DNA from: Escherichia coli
GTDB lineage: Bacteria > Pseudomonadota > Gammaproteobacteria > Enterobacterales > Enterobacteriaceae
DNA length: 64,000 nt
Assembly (NCBI RefSeq): GCF_029227855.1
Contig: NZ_CP074356.1
Strand: one strand, 5' to 3'
The notes beneath the pieces were generated by a model that saw nothing but the letters and a program-made list of their open reading frames with translations, was not told where the DNA came from and made no database searches. Of the stretch, positions 1 to 11,873 are shown one piece after another (within the stretch, counting starts at the first letter, position 1; the number at the start of each line of letters is the position of its first letter). Made by a program: the position numbers and the translations under genes.

Positions 1-773
1 TCGATATCGATCGCGCAGAGCTGGGTAAAATCAAGCAGCCGCATGTGGCGATTCAGGCGGATGTTGATGACGTGCTGGCGCAATTGATCCCGCAGGTGGA
101 AGCGCAACCGCGTGCAGAGTGGCACCAGTTGGTAGCGGATTTGCAGCGCGAATTCCCGTGTCCAATCCCGAAAGCGTGCGATCCATTAAGCCATTACGGC
201 CTGATCAACGCCGTTGCCGCCTGTGTCGATGACAATGCGATTATCACCACCGATGTGGGTCAGCATCAGATGTGGACCGCGCAAGCTTATCCGCTCAATC
301 GCCCACGCCAGTGGCTGACCTCCGGTGGGCTGGGCACGATGGGTTTTGGCCTGCCTGCGGCGATTGGCGCGGCGCTGGCGAACCCGGATCGCAAAGTGTT
401 GTGTTTCTCCGGCGACGGCAGCCTGATGATGAATATTCAGGAGATGGCGACCGCCAGTGAAAATCAGCTGGATGTCAAAATCATTCTGATGAACAACGAA
501 GCGCTGGGGCTGGTGCATCAGCAACAGAGTCTGTTCTACGAGCAAGGCGTTTTTGCCGCCACCTATCCGGGAAAAATCAACTTTATGCAGATTGCCGCCG
601 GATTCGGCCTCGAAACCTGTGATTTGAATAACGAAGCCGATCCGCAGGCTGCATTGCAGGAAATCATCAATCGCCCTGGCCCGGCGCTGATCCATGTGCG
701 CATTGATGCCGAAGAAAAAGTTTACCCGATGGTGCCGCCAGGTGCGGCGAATACTGAAATGGTGGGGGAATAA
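1..773 (+). CDS. ilvB: Acetolactate synthase I large subunit, C-terminal part (5' end outside window)
   Basis: ORF 45..773 continues in frame to the window edge; C-terminal TPP-enzyme region (GDGSLMMNIQE); followed 3 nt later by ilvN. Confidence 0.9.
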   Translation, partial: DIDRAELGKIKQPHVAIQADVDDVLAQLIPQVEAQPRAEWHQLVADLQREFPCPIPKACDPLSHYGLINAVAACVDDNAIITTDVGQHQMWTAQAYPLNRPRQWLTSGGLGTMGFGLPAAIGAALANPDRKVLCFSGDGSLMMNIQEMATASENQLDVKIILMNNEALGLVHQQQSLFYEQGVFAATYPGKINFMQIAAGFGLETCDLNNEADPQAALQEIINRPGPALIHVRIDAEEKVYPMVPPGAANTEMVGE

Positions 774-776
774 GCC

Positions 777-1067
777 ATGCAAAACACAACTCATGACAAC
801 GTGATTCTGGAGCTCACCGTTCGCAACCATCCGGGCGTAATGACCCACGTTTGTGGCCTTTTTGCCCGCCGCGCTTTTAACGTTGAAGGCATTCTTTGTC
901 TGCCGATTCAGGACAGCGACAAAAGCCATATCTGGCTACTGGTCAATGACGACCAGCGTCTGGAGCAGATGATAAGCCAAATCGATAAGCTGGAAGATGT
1001 GGTGAAAGTGCAGCGTAATCAGTCCGATCCGACTATGTTTAACAAGATTGCGGTGTTTTTTCAGTAA
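777..1067 (+). CDS. ilvN: Acetolactate synthase I small (regulatory) subunit
   Basis: 96-aa ORF directly after ilvB; recognised as IlvN. Confidence 0.9.
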
Positions 1068-1141
1068 CCGCTCAAGGCTTGAACAACATCGCGCTTATCG
1101 TTAAGGTAAGCGCGTTTTTTTTTACCCGCCAGGACAAGACC

Positions 1142-1732
1142 ATGATCACCGTTGCCCTTATAGACGATCACCTCATCGTCCGCTCCGGCTTTGCGCAGCT
1201 GCTGGGGCTGGAACCTGATTTGCAGGTAGTTGCCGAGTTTGGTTCGGGGCGCGAGGCGCTGGCGGGGCTGCCGGGGCGCGGTGTGCAGGTGTGTATTTGC
1301 GATATCTCCATGCCCGATATCTCCGGTCTGGAACTGCTAAGCCAGCTGCCGAAAGGTATGGCGACAATAATGCTCTCTGTTCATGACAGTCCGGCGCTGG
1401 TTGAGCAGGCGCTTAACGCGGGGGCACGCGGCTTTCTCTCCAAACGCTGTAGCCCTGACGAACTGATTGCGGCGGTGCATACGGTTGCCACGGGCGGCTG
1501 TTATCTGACGCCGGATATTGCCATTAAACTGGCATCCGGTCGTCAGGACCCGCTAACCAAACGCGAACGGCAGGTGGCGGAAAAACTGGCGCAAGGAATG
1601 GCGGTGAAAGAGATTGCTGCCGAACTGGGCTTGTCGCCGAAAACGGTGCACGTCCATCGCGCCAACCTGATGGAAAAACTGGGTGTCAGTAACGACGTAG
1701 AGCTGGCGCGCCGCATGTTTGATGGCTGGTGA
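1142..1732 (+). CDS. uhpA: Response regulator UhpA (NarL/FixJ family)
   Basis: Receiver domain plus LuxR-type HTH; ATG at 1142 gives 196 aa (ORF track start 1079 is over-extended); stop overlaps uhpB start. Confidence 0.92.
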
Positions 1733-3234
1733 TGAAGACGTTGTTCTCCCGCTTAATTACCGTTATTGCCTGCTTTTTTATCTTCTCTGCCGCATGGTTT
1801 TGCCTGTGGAGTATCAGCCTGCACCTGGTTGAGCGCCCTGATATGGCGGTGCTGTTATTTCCGTTTGGTCTGCGTCTGGGGCTAATGCTGCAATGCCCGC
1901 GCGGATACTGGCCGGTGCTGCTGGGCGCGGAGTGGCTGCTGATTTACTGGCTAACGCAGGCGGTCGGTTTAACCCATTTTCCGTTATTGATGATCGGTAG
2001 TTTACTGACGTTACTGCCCGTGGCGCTGATCTCGCGCTATCGCCATCAGCGTGACTGGCGCACCTTGCTGTTACAGGGTGCGGCGTTAACGGCGGCGGCG
2101 TTGTTGCAGTCGCTGCCCTGGCTTTGGCACGGCAAAGAGTCGTGGAATGCGCTGTTGCTGACTTTAACTGGCGGCCTGACGCTGGCCCCGATATGTCTGG
2201 TGTTCTGGCACTATCTCGCCAATAACACCTGGCTGCCGCTCGGCCCGTCACTGGTTTCTCAGCCGATCAACTGGCGCGGGCGACATCTGGTCTGGTACTT
2301 GCTGCTGTTTGTTATCAGTCTCTGGCTCCAGTTGGGATTGCCGGACGAACTGTCGCGCTTTACGCCATTTTGTCTGGCGCTGCCGATTATCGCGCTGGCC
2401 TGGCACTATGGTTGGCAAGGGGCGCTGATTGCGACGTTGATGAACGCCATCGCGCTGATCGCCAGTCAAACCTGGCGCGATCATCCGGTGGATTTATTGC
2501 TCTCGCTGCTGGTGCAAAGTCTGACAGGGTTGTTGCTTGGCGCTGGCATCCAGCGGTTGCGTGAACTTAACCAGTCGCTGCAAAAGGAACTGGCGCGCAA
2601 TCAGCATCTGGCTGAACGGTTGCTGGAAACCGAAGAGAGCGTGCGCCGTGATGTGGCGCGTGAGCTGCATGATGATATCGGTCAGACCATCACAGCCATT
2701 CGTACTCAGGCGGGCATTGTTCAGCGGCTGGCGGCAGATAACGCCAGCGTGAAGCAGAGCGGGCAGCTCATCGAACAACTATCGCTGGGCGTTTACGACG
2801 CGGTGCGCCGTTTGTTGGGTCGGTTACGTCCGCGCCAGTTGGATGATCTCACCCTGGAGCAGGCCATCCGCTCACTGATGCGGGAAATGGAGCTGGAAGG
2901 GCGCGGTATTGTCAGCCATCTCGAATGGCGAATCGATGAATCAGCGTTAAGCGAAAACCAGCGCGTGACGCTGTTTCGTGTCTGCCAGGAAGGGCTGAAC
3001 AACATTGTGAAACATGCTGATGCCAGCGCGGTCACCCTGCAAGGCTGGCAGCAGGATGAACGGTTGATGCTGGTTATTGAAGACGATGGCAGCGGTTTGC
3101 CGCCGGGTTCCGGGCAACAAGGTTTTGGCCTCACCGGAATGCGCGAGCGCGTAACGGCACTGGGTGGCACATTACACATTTCCTGTCTGCACGGCACGCG
3201 TGTCAGCGTTTCTCTACCTCAACGCTATGTCTAA
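1732..3234 (+). CDS. uhpB: Sensor histidine kinase UhpB
   Basis: 500 aa from ATG 1732; N-terminal membrane domain, H-box (ELHDDIGQ) and C-terminal ATPase domain. Confidence 0.92.
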
Positions 3235-3243
3235 GGTTTGATG

Positions 3244-4563
3244 ATGTTGCCGTTTCTGAAAGCGCCTGCCGATGCGCCATTAATGACTGATAAATATGAA
3301 ATTGATGCCCGCTATCGCTACTGGCGTCGGCATATTCTGCTGACCATCTGGCTGGGTTACGCGCTGTTTTACTTCACGCGGAAAAGTTTTAACGCCGCCG
3401 TACCAGAAATCCTTGCTAACGGCGTGCTCAGCCGTAGCGATATCGGCCTGTTAGCGACCCTGTTTTACATTACCTATGGCGTGTCGAAGTTTGTCTCCGG
3501 CATTGTCAGCGATCGCTCAAATGCCCGTTATTTTATGGGGATAGGGCTTATCGCCACGGGCATTATCAACATTCTGTTTGGCTTCTCGACGTCGCTATGG
3601 GCGTTTGCCGTACTCTGGGTGCTGAACGCCTTTTTCCAGGGCTGGGGTTCACCGGTGTGTGCGCGTCTGTTAACCGCCTGGTATTCTCGTACCGAGCGCG
3701 GCGGTTGGTGGGCATTATGGAACACGGCGCATAACGTCGGCGGCGCACTCATTCCCATTGTGATGGCAGCGGCTGCACTACATTACGGCTGGCGTGCCGG
3801 GATGATGATTGCTGGTTGTATGGCGATCGTCGTGGGAATTTTTCTCTGCTGGCGGCTGCGCGATCGCCCGCAGGCGTTAGGTTTACCGGCGGTCGGTGAA
3901 TGGCGACACGACGCGCTGGAGATAGCTCAACAACAAGAAGGGGCAGGGCTGACGCGTAAAGAGATCCTCACCAAATATGTGTTGCTGAATCCGTATATCT
4001 GGCTGCTTTCGTTTTGCTATGTGCTGGTCTATGTGGTCCGGGCGGCGATCAACGACTGGGGCAATTTGTATATGTCCGAGACGCTGGGCGTCGATCTGGT
4101 CACGGCGAATACGGCAGTGACGATGTTTGAACTGGGTGGATTTATCGGTGCGCTGGTAGCGGGTTGGGGCTCGGACAAATTGTTTAACGACAACCGAGGG
4201 CCGATGAATTTGATTTTCGCCGCCGGAATTTTGCTTTCAGTCGGCTCCCTGTGGCTGATGCCATTTGCCAGCTACGTGATGCAGGCAACCTGCTTCTTCA
4301 CCATTGGTTTTTTTGTCTTTGGCCCACAGATGTTAATCGGTATGGCGGCGGCAGAGTGTTCCCACAAAGAGGCGGCAGGGGCGGCGACGGGGTTTGTCGG
4401 CTTGTTTGCTTATCTGGGGGCGTCGCTTGCTGGTTGGCCGCTGGCGAAAGTACTCGATACCTGGCACTGGAGCGGATTTTTTGTGGTTATCTCTATCGCC
4501 GCCGGGATTTCCGCACTGCTGTTACTGCCCTTTTTGAACGCCCAGACACCGCGCGAAGCGTGA
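3244..4563 (+). CDS. uhpC: Glucose-6-phosphate sensor/transporter-like membrane protein UhpC
   Basis: MFS protein paralogous to UhpT; 439 aa from ATG 3244. Confidence 0.9.
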   Translation: MLPFLKAPADAPLMTDKYEIDARYRYWRRHILLTIWLGYALFYFTRKSFNAAVPEILANGVLSRSDIGLLATLFYITYGVSKFVSGIVSDRSNARYFMGIGLIATGIINILFGFSTSLWAFAVLWVLNAFFQGWGSPVCARLLTAWYSRTERGGWWALWNTAHNVGGALIPIVMAAAALHYGWRAGMMIAGCMAIVVGIFLCWRLRDRPQALGLPAVGEWRHDALEIAQQQEGAGLTRKEILTKYVLLNPYIWLLSFCYVLVYVVRAAINDWGNLYMSETLGVDLVTANTAVTMFELGGFIGALVAGWGSDKLFNDNRGPMNLIFAAGILLSVGSLWLMPFASYVMQATCFFTIGFFVFGPQMLIGMAAAECSHKEAAGAATGFVGLFAYLGASLAGWPLAKVLDTWHWSGFFVVISIAAGISALLLLPFLNAQTPREA

Positions 4564-4597
4564 TGCATCTCACCTTTTCACTTCATATCCGGCAAAA

Positions 4598-4700
4598 CTA
4601 AGAAATTTTCCAGGTTTTGCCTGGACGCTATCTCAGGCCTGATTTGCTGCTGATTTTTACAATGCATGCCTCACGCAGGTATTCATTTCAGGAGTAACCC
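4598..4700 (+). promoter_or_regulatory. uhpT promoter region with inverted repeat TTCCAGG-N5-CCTGGAC (UhpA-responsive region)
   Basis: Inverted repeat seen ~80-100 bp upstream of the uhpT ATG; the uhpT promoter is known to be UhpA- and CAP-dependent. Confidence 0.45.
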
Positions 4701-6092
4701 ATGCTGGCTTTCTTAAACCAGGTTCGCAAGCCGACCCTGGACCTTCCGCTCGAAGTGCGGCGCAAAATGTGGTTCAAACCGTTCATGCAATCCTACCTGG
4801 TGGTCTTTATCGGCTACCTGACGATGTACCTGATTCGCAAGAACTTTAACATCGCGCAGAACGACATGATCTCGACCTACGGGTTGAGCATGACGCAGCT
4901 GGGGATGATCGGCCTGGGTTTCTCCATCACTTATGGCGTGGGTAAAACGCTGGTTTCCTACTACGCCGACGGCAAAAACACCAAACAATTCCTGCCGTTC
5001 ATGCTGATCCTGTCTGCCATTTGTATGCTGGGCTTCAGTGCCAGTATGGGCAGCGGCTCGGTTAGCCTGTTCCTGATGATTGCCTTCTACGCCTTAAGCG
5101 GCTTTTTCCAGAGTACCGGCGGTTCGTGCAGTTACTCCACCATCACCAAATGGACGCCGCGTCGTAAACGCGGGACATTCCTCGGTTTCTGGAATATTTC
5201 TCACAACCTTGGCGGTGCAGGCGCAGCAGGTGTGGCGCTGTTCGGGGCAAATTACCTGTTCGATGGCCATGTCATCGGCATGTTTATCTTCCCGTCGATT
5301 ATCGCGCTGATTGTCGGTTTTATCGGCCTGCGTTACGGCAGCGACTCCCCGGAATCTTATGGCCTCGGCAAAGCTGAAGAACTGTTCGGCGAGGAGATCA
5401 GCGAAGAGGACAAAGAGACAGAATCTACCGATATGACCAAGTGGCAGATCTTTGTTGAGTATGTGCTGAAAAACAAAGTGATCTGGCTGCTGTGCTTCGC
5501 CAACATTTTCCTCTATGTGGTACGTATTGGTATCGACCAGTGGTCAACCGTATACGCGTTCCAGGAACTGAAACTCTCTAAAGCGGTGGCGATTCAGGGC
5601 TTTACGCTGTTTGAAGCTGGTGCGCTGGTCGGTACGCTGCTGTGGGGCTGGCTCTCTGACCTGGCGAACGGTCGCCGTGGCCTGGTGGCCTGCATCGCGC
5701 TGGCGCTGATTATCGCCACGCTCGGTGTGTATCAACATGCCAGCAACGAATATATCTATCTGGCTTCTCTCTTTGCGCTGGGTTTCCTGGTCTTTGGCCC
5801 GCAATTGTTGATTGGTGTGGCTGCTGTTGGCTTTGTACCTAAAAAAGCGATTGGCGCTGCCGATGGTATTAAAGGCACCTTTGCTTACCTGATTGGTGAC
5901 AGCTTTGCCAAGTTAGGTCTGGGAATGATTGCCGATGGGACGCCGGTATTCGGCCTTACCGGCTGGGCAGGCACCTTCGCCGCACTTGATATCGCCGCGA
6001 TTGGTTGTATCTGCCTGATGGCGATAGTGGCGGTGATGGAAGAACGCAAAATCCGCCGCGAGAAAAAAATTCAGCAGTTGACAGTGGCATAA
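4701..6092 (+). CDS. uhpT: Hexose-6-phosphate:phosphate antiporter UhpT (MFS)
   Basis: 463-aa ORF recognised as UhpT. Confidence 0.95.
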
Positions 6093-6110
6093 ACGTAACT
6101 GGTGACTTTT

Positions 6111-6136
6111 GCCCGGCATGACGCCGGGCTTTTTTA
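6111..6136 (+). terminator. Rho-independent terminator after uhpT
   Basis: GCCCGGC-atgac-GCCGGGC hairpin followed by a T run. Confidence 0.6.
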
Positions 6137-7903
6137 TTATTCCGTGACTTCCAGCGTAGTGAAGGCAAACTTCTCGCCATCAAATAGCCCCTGACTGGTT
6201 AGTTTTAGCGCGGGGATCACTGGCAGAGAAAGAAACGCCATCTGAATAAACGGCTCATCGGGTAACGGACCGCATTCACGGGCGGCGGCTTTCAAGGCGT
6301 CAATTTGTTCCGCCAGCGACTGCGCCGTGTCGGTGCTCATCAGGCCGGCAATGGGCAACGGCAGATGACTTTGGACCTGGCCGTTACGTACCACGCACAG
6401 CCCGCCGCCATCCTGAATCACCTGATTGACCGCCAGCGCCATCTCTTCGGCACTGCGACCGATCACCACAATATTATGGCTGTCATGGCTGACCGTCGCA
6501 GCCAGCGCACCTTCATTCAGTCCAAAGCCGCCAAGCAAACCACAAGCCGGAGCCAGCCGTTGCCCGTAACGCTCAAGTACGGCAATAAAGCTCACATCAT
6601 CGCGATCAAAACCATTTTCGCTGTAGACGCTGGAGTGGGAGTGCGTAATCAATTCGTTATGGATGACGTCAATGACCCGATAGCGTTTTCCGGGCGTAAA
6701 TTGCAGGGCAAAGTCGCTGGCGGAAACTGGCTGGCGGGCAATGGTGTTGCCATATGGCGGAGCGGATTGTGCCAGTCTCGCCGACTCTTCCGCCTGTAAG
6801 GTTTGCGCATCAATCGGCTCGCCTTTCACCAGTACCTGCTGCACCGTGACCTTACGCGCATCGCTCAACAGGACGATATCGGCCTGCTTGCCGGGTGCCA
6901 GTAAGCCGAGGTGATTCAGACCAAAGTGGCGCGCCGTCGACCAGCTGGCGACGCGATATGCCACATGCAGCGGCACATTGTGTTGTTCGATCAGGCGGCG
7001 AATTAAGGCATCGATGTGTCCTTCATGGGCGATCTCCCACGGGTTACGGTCATCGGTACAGAGCATGCATTGCGGGCTGTTAAATTCGTTGATCAACGGT
7101 GCCAGCGCGTTGAGATTGCGGGCAGCGGACCCTTCGCGGATCATCAACGACATGCCGAGTTGTAATTTCCGGCGTCCTTCTTCCAGCTGATAACTTTCGT
7201 GGCAGTTTTCAATACCCGCAGTAATATAGGCGTTAAGTTCTTTACCACCCAAACCCGGGCAGTGACCGTCCAGCGTCAGGTGGCGAAATGCATCCAGTTT
7301 ATCGAGCAGCGCATTCTGCCCGCTAATTACGCCAGGGTAGTCCATCATTTCTGCAAGGCCGGTAACCTGCGGATGGTCCCGCCAGGCGAGCATCTGTTCA
7401 AGGGTAAAACTGGCACCGTTAACATCGCAGCCTTCCAGGGCGGGTACGCAAGAGCTGACCTGTAAGTACTGGTTTTGCCTTGCCTGTTCGGCACAGCGGG
7501 CAAACCAGGCGAATCCGGCTTCTCCCATCACGTTGACGATTTCATGAGGGTCGCAAATAACGGTCGTCAGGCCGCGCGGCAGGGTAGCGGTTTCAAAAGT
7601 GACCGGCGTCATCATGCTGGATTCAATATGCAGGTGAGCATCAATAAACCCTGGCACCGCCGTTGCGCCGCGAGCATCAATCCGCTGCAAAGCCGGAGCA
7701 TCAGCGTATTCTGCGCCAACACCGGCAATGTAACGTCCTTTAATCACAATTGGGCCGGAAATTTCTCCGCCATTGATCAGGTCGAGAATAGAGACATTAT
7801 CAATAATATAATCGGCAACAGCGTCGCCACGGGAAACGGCTAACAATTCCTGGTATTCAGCCCGGCTAATGTGATGAAATTTATGGTTAATAGAATTATT
7901 CAT
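6137..7903 (-). CDS. ade: Adenine deaminase
   Basis: 588-aa ORF with amidohydrolase metal-binding motifs ([11 protein letters not shown]); recognised as Ade (YicP). Confidence 0.92.
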   Translation of the reverse strand: MNNSINHKFHHISRAEYQELLAVSRGDAVADYIIDNVSILDLINGGEISGPIVIKGRYIAGVGAEYADAPALQRIDARGATAVPGFIDAHLHIESSMMTPVTFETATLPRGLTTVICDPHEIVNVMGEAGFAWFARCAEQARQNQYLQVSSCVPALEGCDVNGASFTLEQMLAWRDHPQVTGLAEMMDYPGVISGQNALLDKLDAFRHLTLDGHCPGLGGKELNAYITAGIENCHESYQLEEGRRKLQLGMSLMIREGSAARNLNALAPLINEFNSPQCMLCTDDRNPWEIAHEGHIDALIRRLIEQHNVPLHVAYRVASWSTARHFGLNHLGLLAPGKQADIVLLSDARKVTVQQVLVKGEPIDAQTLQAEESARLAQSAPPYGNTIARQPVSASDFALQFTPGKRYRVIDVIHNELITHSHSSVYSENGFDRDDVSFIAVLERYGQRLAPACGLLGGFGLNEGALAATVSHDSHNIVVIGRSAEEMALAVNQVIQDGGGLCVVRNGQVQSHLPLPIAGLMSTDTAQSLAEQIDALKAAARECGPLPDEPFIQMAFLSLPVIPALKLTSQGLFDGEKFAFTTLEVTE

Positions 7904-8077
7904 ATTTTTCTCATTTTGATTTTATCAATTTGATTATTATTTATCATAAAGAAACGTCGCGAGATTATTAAAGAATATCCATTAATGTGCAATTGAAATG
8001 TGATAATTATCACTGAACCGTTGTTGTCATTTGTTTTACAAAAGCAAGGGATTAAATCTCCTCCAATGGACAAAAAA
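7904..8077. promoter_or_regulatory. AT-rich divergent ade/adeP promoter region
   Basis: Very AT-rich 170-bp spacer between divergent genes; ade is known to be a cryptic, H-NS-silenced gene. Confidence 0.4.
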
Positions 8078-9412
8078 ATGAATAATGACAATACCGATTA
8101 TGTGAGTAATGAATCAGGGACGCTTTCGCGATTATTTAAACTACCTCAGCATGGGACCACCGTCCGCACAGAATTGATTGCGGGGATGACCACTTTTTTA
8201 ACCATGGTGTACATCGTTTTTGTGAACCCGCAAATCCTCGGCGCGGCACAAATGGACCCGAAAGTGGTGTTTGTTACCACCTGTTTGATTGCCGGTATCG
8301 GCAGTATTGCGATGGGGATATTTGCTAACTTACCCGTGGCGCTGGCTCCGGCAATGGGGCTGAACGCCTTCTTTGCCTTCGTGGTCGTGGGGGCGATGGG
8401 CATCTCCTGGCAGACCGGGATGGGCGCAATATTCTGGGGCGCAGTTGGACTATTTTTGCTCACGCTGTTTCGTATCCGGTACTGGATGATCTCCAACATT
8501 CCCTTAAGTTTACGTATTGGTATCACCAGCGGAATTGGATTATTTATCGCCTTAATGGGATTAAAAAATACTGGCGTTATTGTCGCCAATAAAGACACGC
8601 TGGTGATGATTGGCGATTTAAGTTCTCACGGCGTGTTGTTAGGTATTTTAGGGTTTTTTATTATAACCGTGTTGTCATCACGTCATTTTCATGCCGCGGT
8701 GCTGGTTTCTATTGTGGTGACGTCTTGCTGTGGATTATTTTTCGGTGATGTTCATTTTAGCGGCGTCTATTCCATTCCGCCTGATATTAGCGGCGTCATT
8801 GGTGAAGTAGATTTGAGCGGCGCGTTAACACTTGAACTCGCCGGTATCATTTTCTCCTTTATGCTGATCAACCTATTTGATTCATCAGGAACATTAATTG
8901 GTGTAACTGATAAAGCGGGCTTAATAGATGGTAACGGTAAATTCCCCAATATGAATAAGGCGCTGTATGTTGATAGCGTCAGTTCGGTGGCGGGTGCGTT
9001 TATCGGCACCTCGTCTGTTACTGCCTATATTGAAAGTACTTCTGGTGTGGCAGTCGGTGGCCGCACGGGGCTGACTGCGGTTGTGGTTGGCGTTATGTTC
9101 CTGTTGGTTATGTTCTTCTCACCGCTGGTGGCGATGGTTCCTCCTTACGCAACCGCCGGAGCGTTAATCTTTGTTGGCGTGCTGATGACTTCGAGCCTGG
9201 CGCGCGTTAACTGGGATGATTTTACCGAATCGGTGCCTGCGTTTATTACCACGGTGATGATGCCCTTTACTTTCTCGATCACCGAAGGGATTGCACTCGG
9301 CTTTATGTCGTACTGCATCATGAAAGTGTGCACCGGGCGCTGGCGCGATCTGAACCTGTGTGTGGTGGTGGTCGCAGCTCTGTTTGCACTGAAGATTATT
9401 CTGGTGGATTAG
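8078..9412 (+). CDS. adeP: Adenine permease (NCS2/AzgA family)
   Basis: Polytopic membrane protein; start set at MNNDN (444 aa); ORF track start 8000 is over-extended. Confidence 0.88.
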   Translation: MNNDNTDYVSNESGTLSRLFKLPQHGTTVRTELIAGMTTFLTMVYIVFVNPQILGAAQMDPKVVFVTTCLIAGIGSIAMGIFANLPVALAPAMGLNAFFAFVVVGAMGISWQTGMGAIFWGAVGLFLLTLFRIRYWMISNIPLSLRIGITSGIGLFIALMGLKNTGVIVANKDTLVMIGDLSSHGVLLGILGFFIITVLSSRHFHAAVLVSIVVTSCCGLFFGDVHFSGVYSIPPDISGVIGEVDLSGALTLELAGIIFSFMLINLFDSSGTLIGVTDKAGLIDGNGKFPNMNKALYVDSVSSVAGAFIGTSSVTAYIESTSGVAVGGRTGLTAVVVGVMFLLVMFFSPLVAMVPPYATAGALIFVGVLMTSSLARVNWDDFTESVPAFITTVMMPFTFSITEGIALGFMSYCIMKVCTGRWRDLNLCVVVVAALFALKIILVD

Positions 9413-9464
9413 TAACTGGCGAGGGTTTCCAGATATCATGAGTTCTGATTACGCAGGAGAACTC

Positions 9465-9917
9465 ATGATCTGGATAATGCTCGCCACGCTGGCGGTAGTG
9501 TTTGTGGTTGGTTTTCGGGTGCTGACATCCGGGGCCAGAAAAGCGATTCGCCGTCTCAGCGATCGGCTGAATATCGATGTCGTACCCGTGGAGTCGATGG
9601 TCGATCAAATGGGAAAGTCAGCCGGTGACGAATTTTTACGTTATTTGCATCGCCCGGATGAGTCGCACCTGCAAAACGCCGCGCAGGTGTTGCTCATCTG
9701 GCAAATTGTCATTGTCGATGGTAGCGAACAGAACCTGCTGCAATGGCATCGGATTTTACAAAAAGCCCGTCTTGCCGCGCCGATTACCGATGCTCAGGTC
9801 AGGCTGGCGCTGGGTTTTCTGCGCGAAACCGAACCTGAAATGCAGGATATTAATGCTTTTCAGATGCGCTATAACGCGTTCTTTCAGCCTGCCGAGGGCG
9901 TTCACTGGCTGCATTAA
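9465..9917 (+). CDS. yicN: Uncharacterized protein YicN
   Basis: 150 aa from ATG 9465, which has a strong AGGAGA Shine-Dalgarno; alternative upstream start at 9438. Confidence 0.78.
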   Translation: MIWIMLATLAVVFVVGFRVLTSGARKAIRRLSDRLNIDVVPVESMVDQMGKSAGDEFLRYLHRPDESHLQNAAQVLLIWQIVIVDGSEQNLLQWHRILQKARLAAPITDAQVRLALGFLRETEPEMQDINAFQMRYNAFFQPAEGVHWLH

Positions 9918-9919
9918 AA

Positions 9920-9995
9920 CCGCTTCGTCTTATCAGCCTACAGACCGCGCCTGACCTGTCGGGTGGATAAGACGTTCACGCCGCATCCGGTAATC
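9920..9995. repeat. REP-like extragenic palindromic element
   Basis: Imperfect palindrome cgtcttatcagcctacag...ggtggataagacg...gccgcatccgg typical of E. coli REP units. Confidence 0.5.
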
Positions 9996-10127
9996 TTTGC
10001 CCTGTTCCGTTTCGATCTTAACTCCAGCTCAAGCAACACCGTAAAAGTTGCAAAAACGTTAAATGCGTCACACATTTCAATGTTAAAGTGGTCGGCTTTT
10101 CCCCTGAAACATGCCACGGGTAACACC

Positions 10128-11318
10128 ATGAGTGAATTTATTGCCGAAAACCGCGGCGCGGATGCCATCACCCGACCGAACTGGTCAGCCGTTTTCTCGG
10201 TGGCGTTTTGCGTCGCCTGTCTGATTATCGTTGAGTTTTTGCCCGTCAGTTTGTTGACGCCTATGGCCCAGGATTTAGGCATTTCGGAAGGGGTTGCCGG
10301 GCAATCGGTGACCGTGACCGCCTTTGTGGCAATGTTTGCCAGTTTGTTTATTACCCAGACAATTCAGGCCACTGACCGCCGCTACGTTGTTATTTTGTTT
10401 GCCGTTTTGCTGACGCTCTCCTGTTTGCTGGTTTCCTTTGCCAACTCATTCAGTTTGCTTTTAATCGGTCGTGCCTGTCTGGGGCTGGCGCTGGGCGGGT
10501 TCTGGGCGATGTCGGCGTCGCTGACCATGCGTCTGGTACCGCCGCGTACGGTGCCGAAGGCGCTGTCGGTGATCTTCGGCGCGGTTTCTATTGCGCTGGT
10601 GATTGCCGCGCCGTTGGGCAGTTTTTTAGGCGAGCTTATCGGTTGGCGCAATGTCTTTAATGCGGCGGCGGTGATGGGCGTGTTGTGTATTTTCTGGATT
10701 ATCAAATCATTGCCTTCACTGCCAGGCGAACCCTCGCATCAGAAACAAAATACTTTCCGCTTATTACAACGTCCGGGTGTGATGGCAGGGATGATCGCCA
10801 TCTTCATGTCTTTCGCCGGGCAGTTTGCTTTCTTCACGTATATTCGCCCGGTGTATATGAACCTGGCGGGATTCGGCGTGGATGGCTTAACGCTGGTGCT
10901 GTTGAGTTTTGGTATCGCCAGCTTTATTGGTACGTCGCTTTCGTCGTTCATTCTTAAACGTTCGGTAAAACTGGCCTTAGCAGGCGCGCCGTTAATACTG
11001 GCTGTGAGTGCGTTGGTACTGACGTTGTGGGGAAGCGATAAAATCGTTGCTACCGGCGTGGCGATTATCTGGGGGCTAACTTTTGCATTGGTTCCCGTCG
11101 GCTGGTCAACGTGGATCACCCGCTCGCTGGCCGATCAGGCAGAAAAAGCCGGGTCTATTCAGGTGGCGGTTATTCAGCTTGCTAATACCTGTGGCGCGGC
11201 AATCGGCGGTTATGCGCTGGATAATATTGGTCTGACTTCGCCGTTGATGTTGTCCGGCACATTGATGTTGCTGACTGCATTGTTGGTTACTGCAAAGGTG
11301 AAAATGAAGAAATCCTGA
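10128..11318 (+). CDS. nepI: Purine ribonucleoside efflux pump (MFS)
   Basis: 396 aa from MSEFIAEN; 12-TM MFS protein; ORF track start 9963 is over-extended. Confidence 0.88.
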   Translation: MSEFIAENRGADAITRPNWSAVFSVAFCVACLIIVEFLPVSLLTPMAQDLGISEGVAGQSVTVTAFVAMFASLFITQTIQATDRRYVVILFAVLLTLSCLLVSFANSFSLLLIGRACLGLALGGFWAMSASLTMRLVPPRTVPKALSVIFGAVSIALVIAAPLGSFLGELIGWRNVFNAAAVMGVLCIFWIIKSLPSLPGEPSHQKQNTFRLLQRPGVMAGMIAIFMSFAGQFAFFTYIRPVYMNLAGFGVDGLTLVLLSFGIASFIGTSLSSFILKRSVKLALAGAPLILAVSALVLTLWGSDKIVATGVAIIWGLTFALVPVGWSTWITRSLADQAEKAGSIQVAVIQLANTCGAAIGGYALDNIGLTSPLMLSGTLMLLTALLVTAKVKMKKS

Positions 11319-11358
11319 TATCAGGTAAAGAAGCGTTGGTCAGTAGTTGTTGCTGTTC

Positions 11359-11652
11359 TTACATATCCGGGCATTCTACCTTACCCAACGCTTCCCAATA
11401 ATTGCTCTGATTATTACGTTCCATCGCCACGATGGCTTCGCGTATATGTTGTTTATTGTTTTCATCTGACAACATTAACTTTTCCCACGCTTCATCTGAT
11501 AATGACGCCTGTGGCGTGCAAATTTTACGTAAATCTTGTAATACCGTGGTTTTCTCTTTTGCGGACTGCAGTGAGCTAAAAGGCGACTCGGCGTATACGA
11601 TGCCTGGCATAGCGAAAAAAGTGAAAATAAGCAGTAGTGTCGTTGGTTTCAT
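11359..11652 (-). CDS. yicS: Uncharacterized secreted protein YicS
   Basis: 97-aa ORF with N-terminal signal peptide. Confidence 0.78.
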   Translation of the reverse strand: MKPTTLLLIFTFFAMPGIVYAESPFSSLQSAKEKTTVLQDLRKICTPQASLSDEAWEKLMLSDENNKQHIREAIVAMERNNQSNYWEALGKVECPDM

Positions 11653-11873
11653 GGATTCAACCTTTTACAAATGTGTATCGAATGAAGCATAAGTGTAGTT
11701 TGCTTTCATCGCTCTCATCATGCTGTACGAAACGCGCTTGCGTGGTCAGTAAGAAGTGCCAGACTTTATATTCCACTTTTATTCCTTTTTATTCTTATCG
11801 ATAGCGTTTCGTTTTTTAAACCGCAGCGACCTTACCGCTATAGTCAGGTAATCATTAATAAAAGGATAAAAAA

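Noticed and set aside
186-929. 247-aa minus-strand ORF antisense to ilvB/ilvN
   Set aside because: Lies entirely inside well-supported ilvBN coding sequence on the opposite strand; Arg/Gly/His-rich composition typical of antisense frames in GC-rich genes.
1079-1141. N-terminal extension of uhpA (217-aa version) and similar upstream extensions of adeP, nepI, yicJ, yicH, gmk, coaD, coaBC, mutM, pyrE, rph, slmA, dinD and yicG
   Set aside because: The ORF track extends to the most upstream start of any type; known protein lengths and Shine-Dalgarno placement favour the internal starts used in the feature list.
6305-6799. 164-aa plus-strand ORF inside ade (also 6895..7843 ORFs)
   Set aside because: Antisense to the confidently identified adenine deaminase gene; no independent signals.
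8146-8598. 150-aa minus-strand ORF inside adeP
   Set aside because: Antisense shadow ORF within the permease gene.
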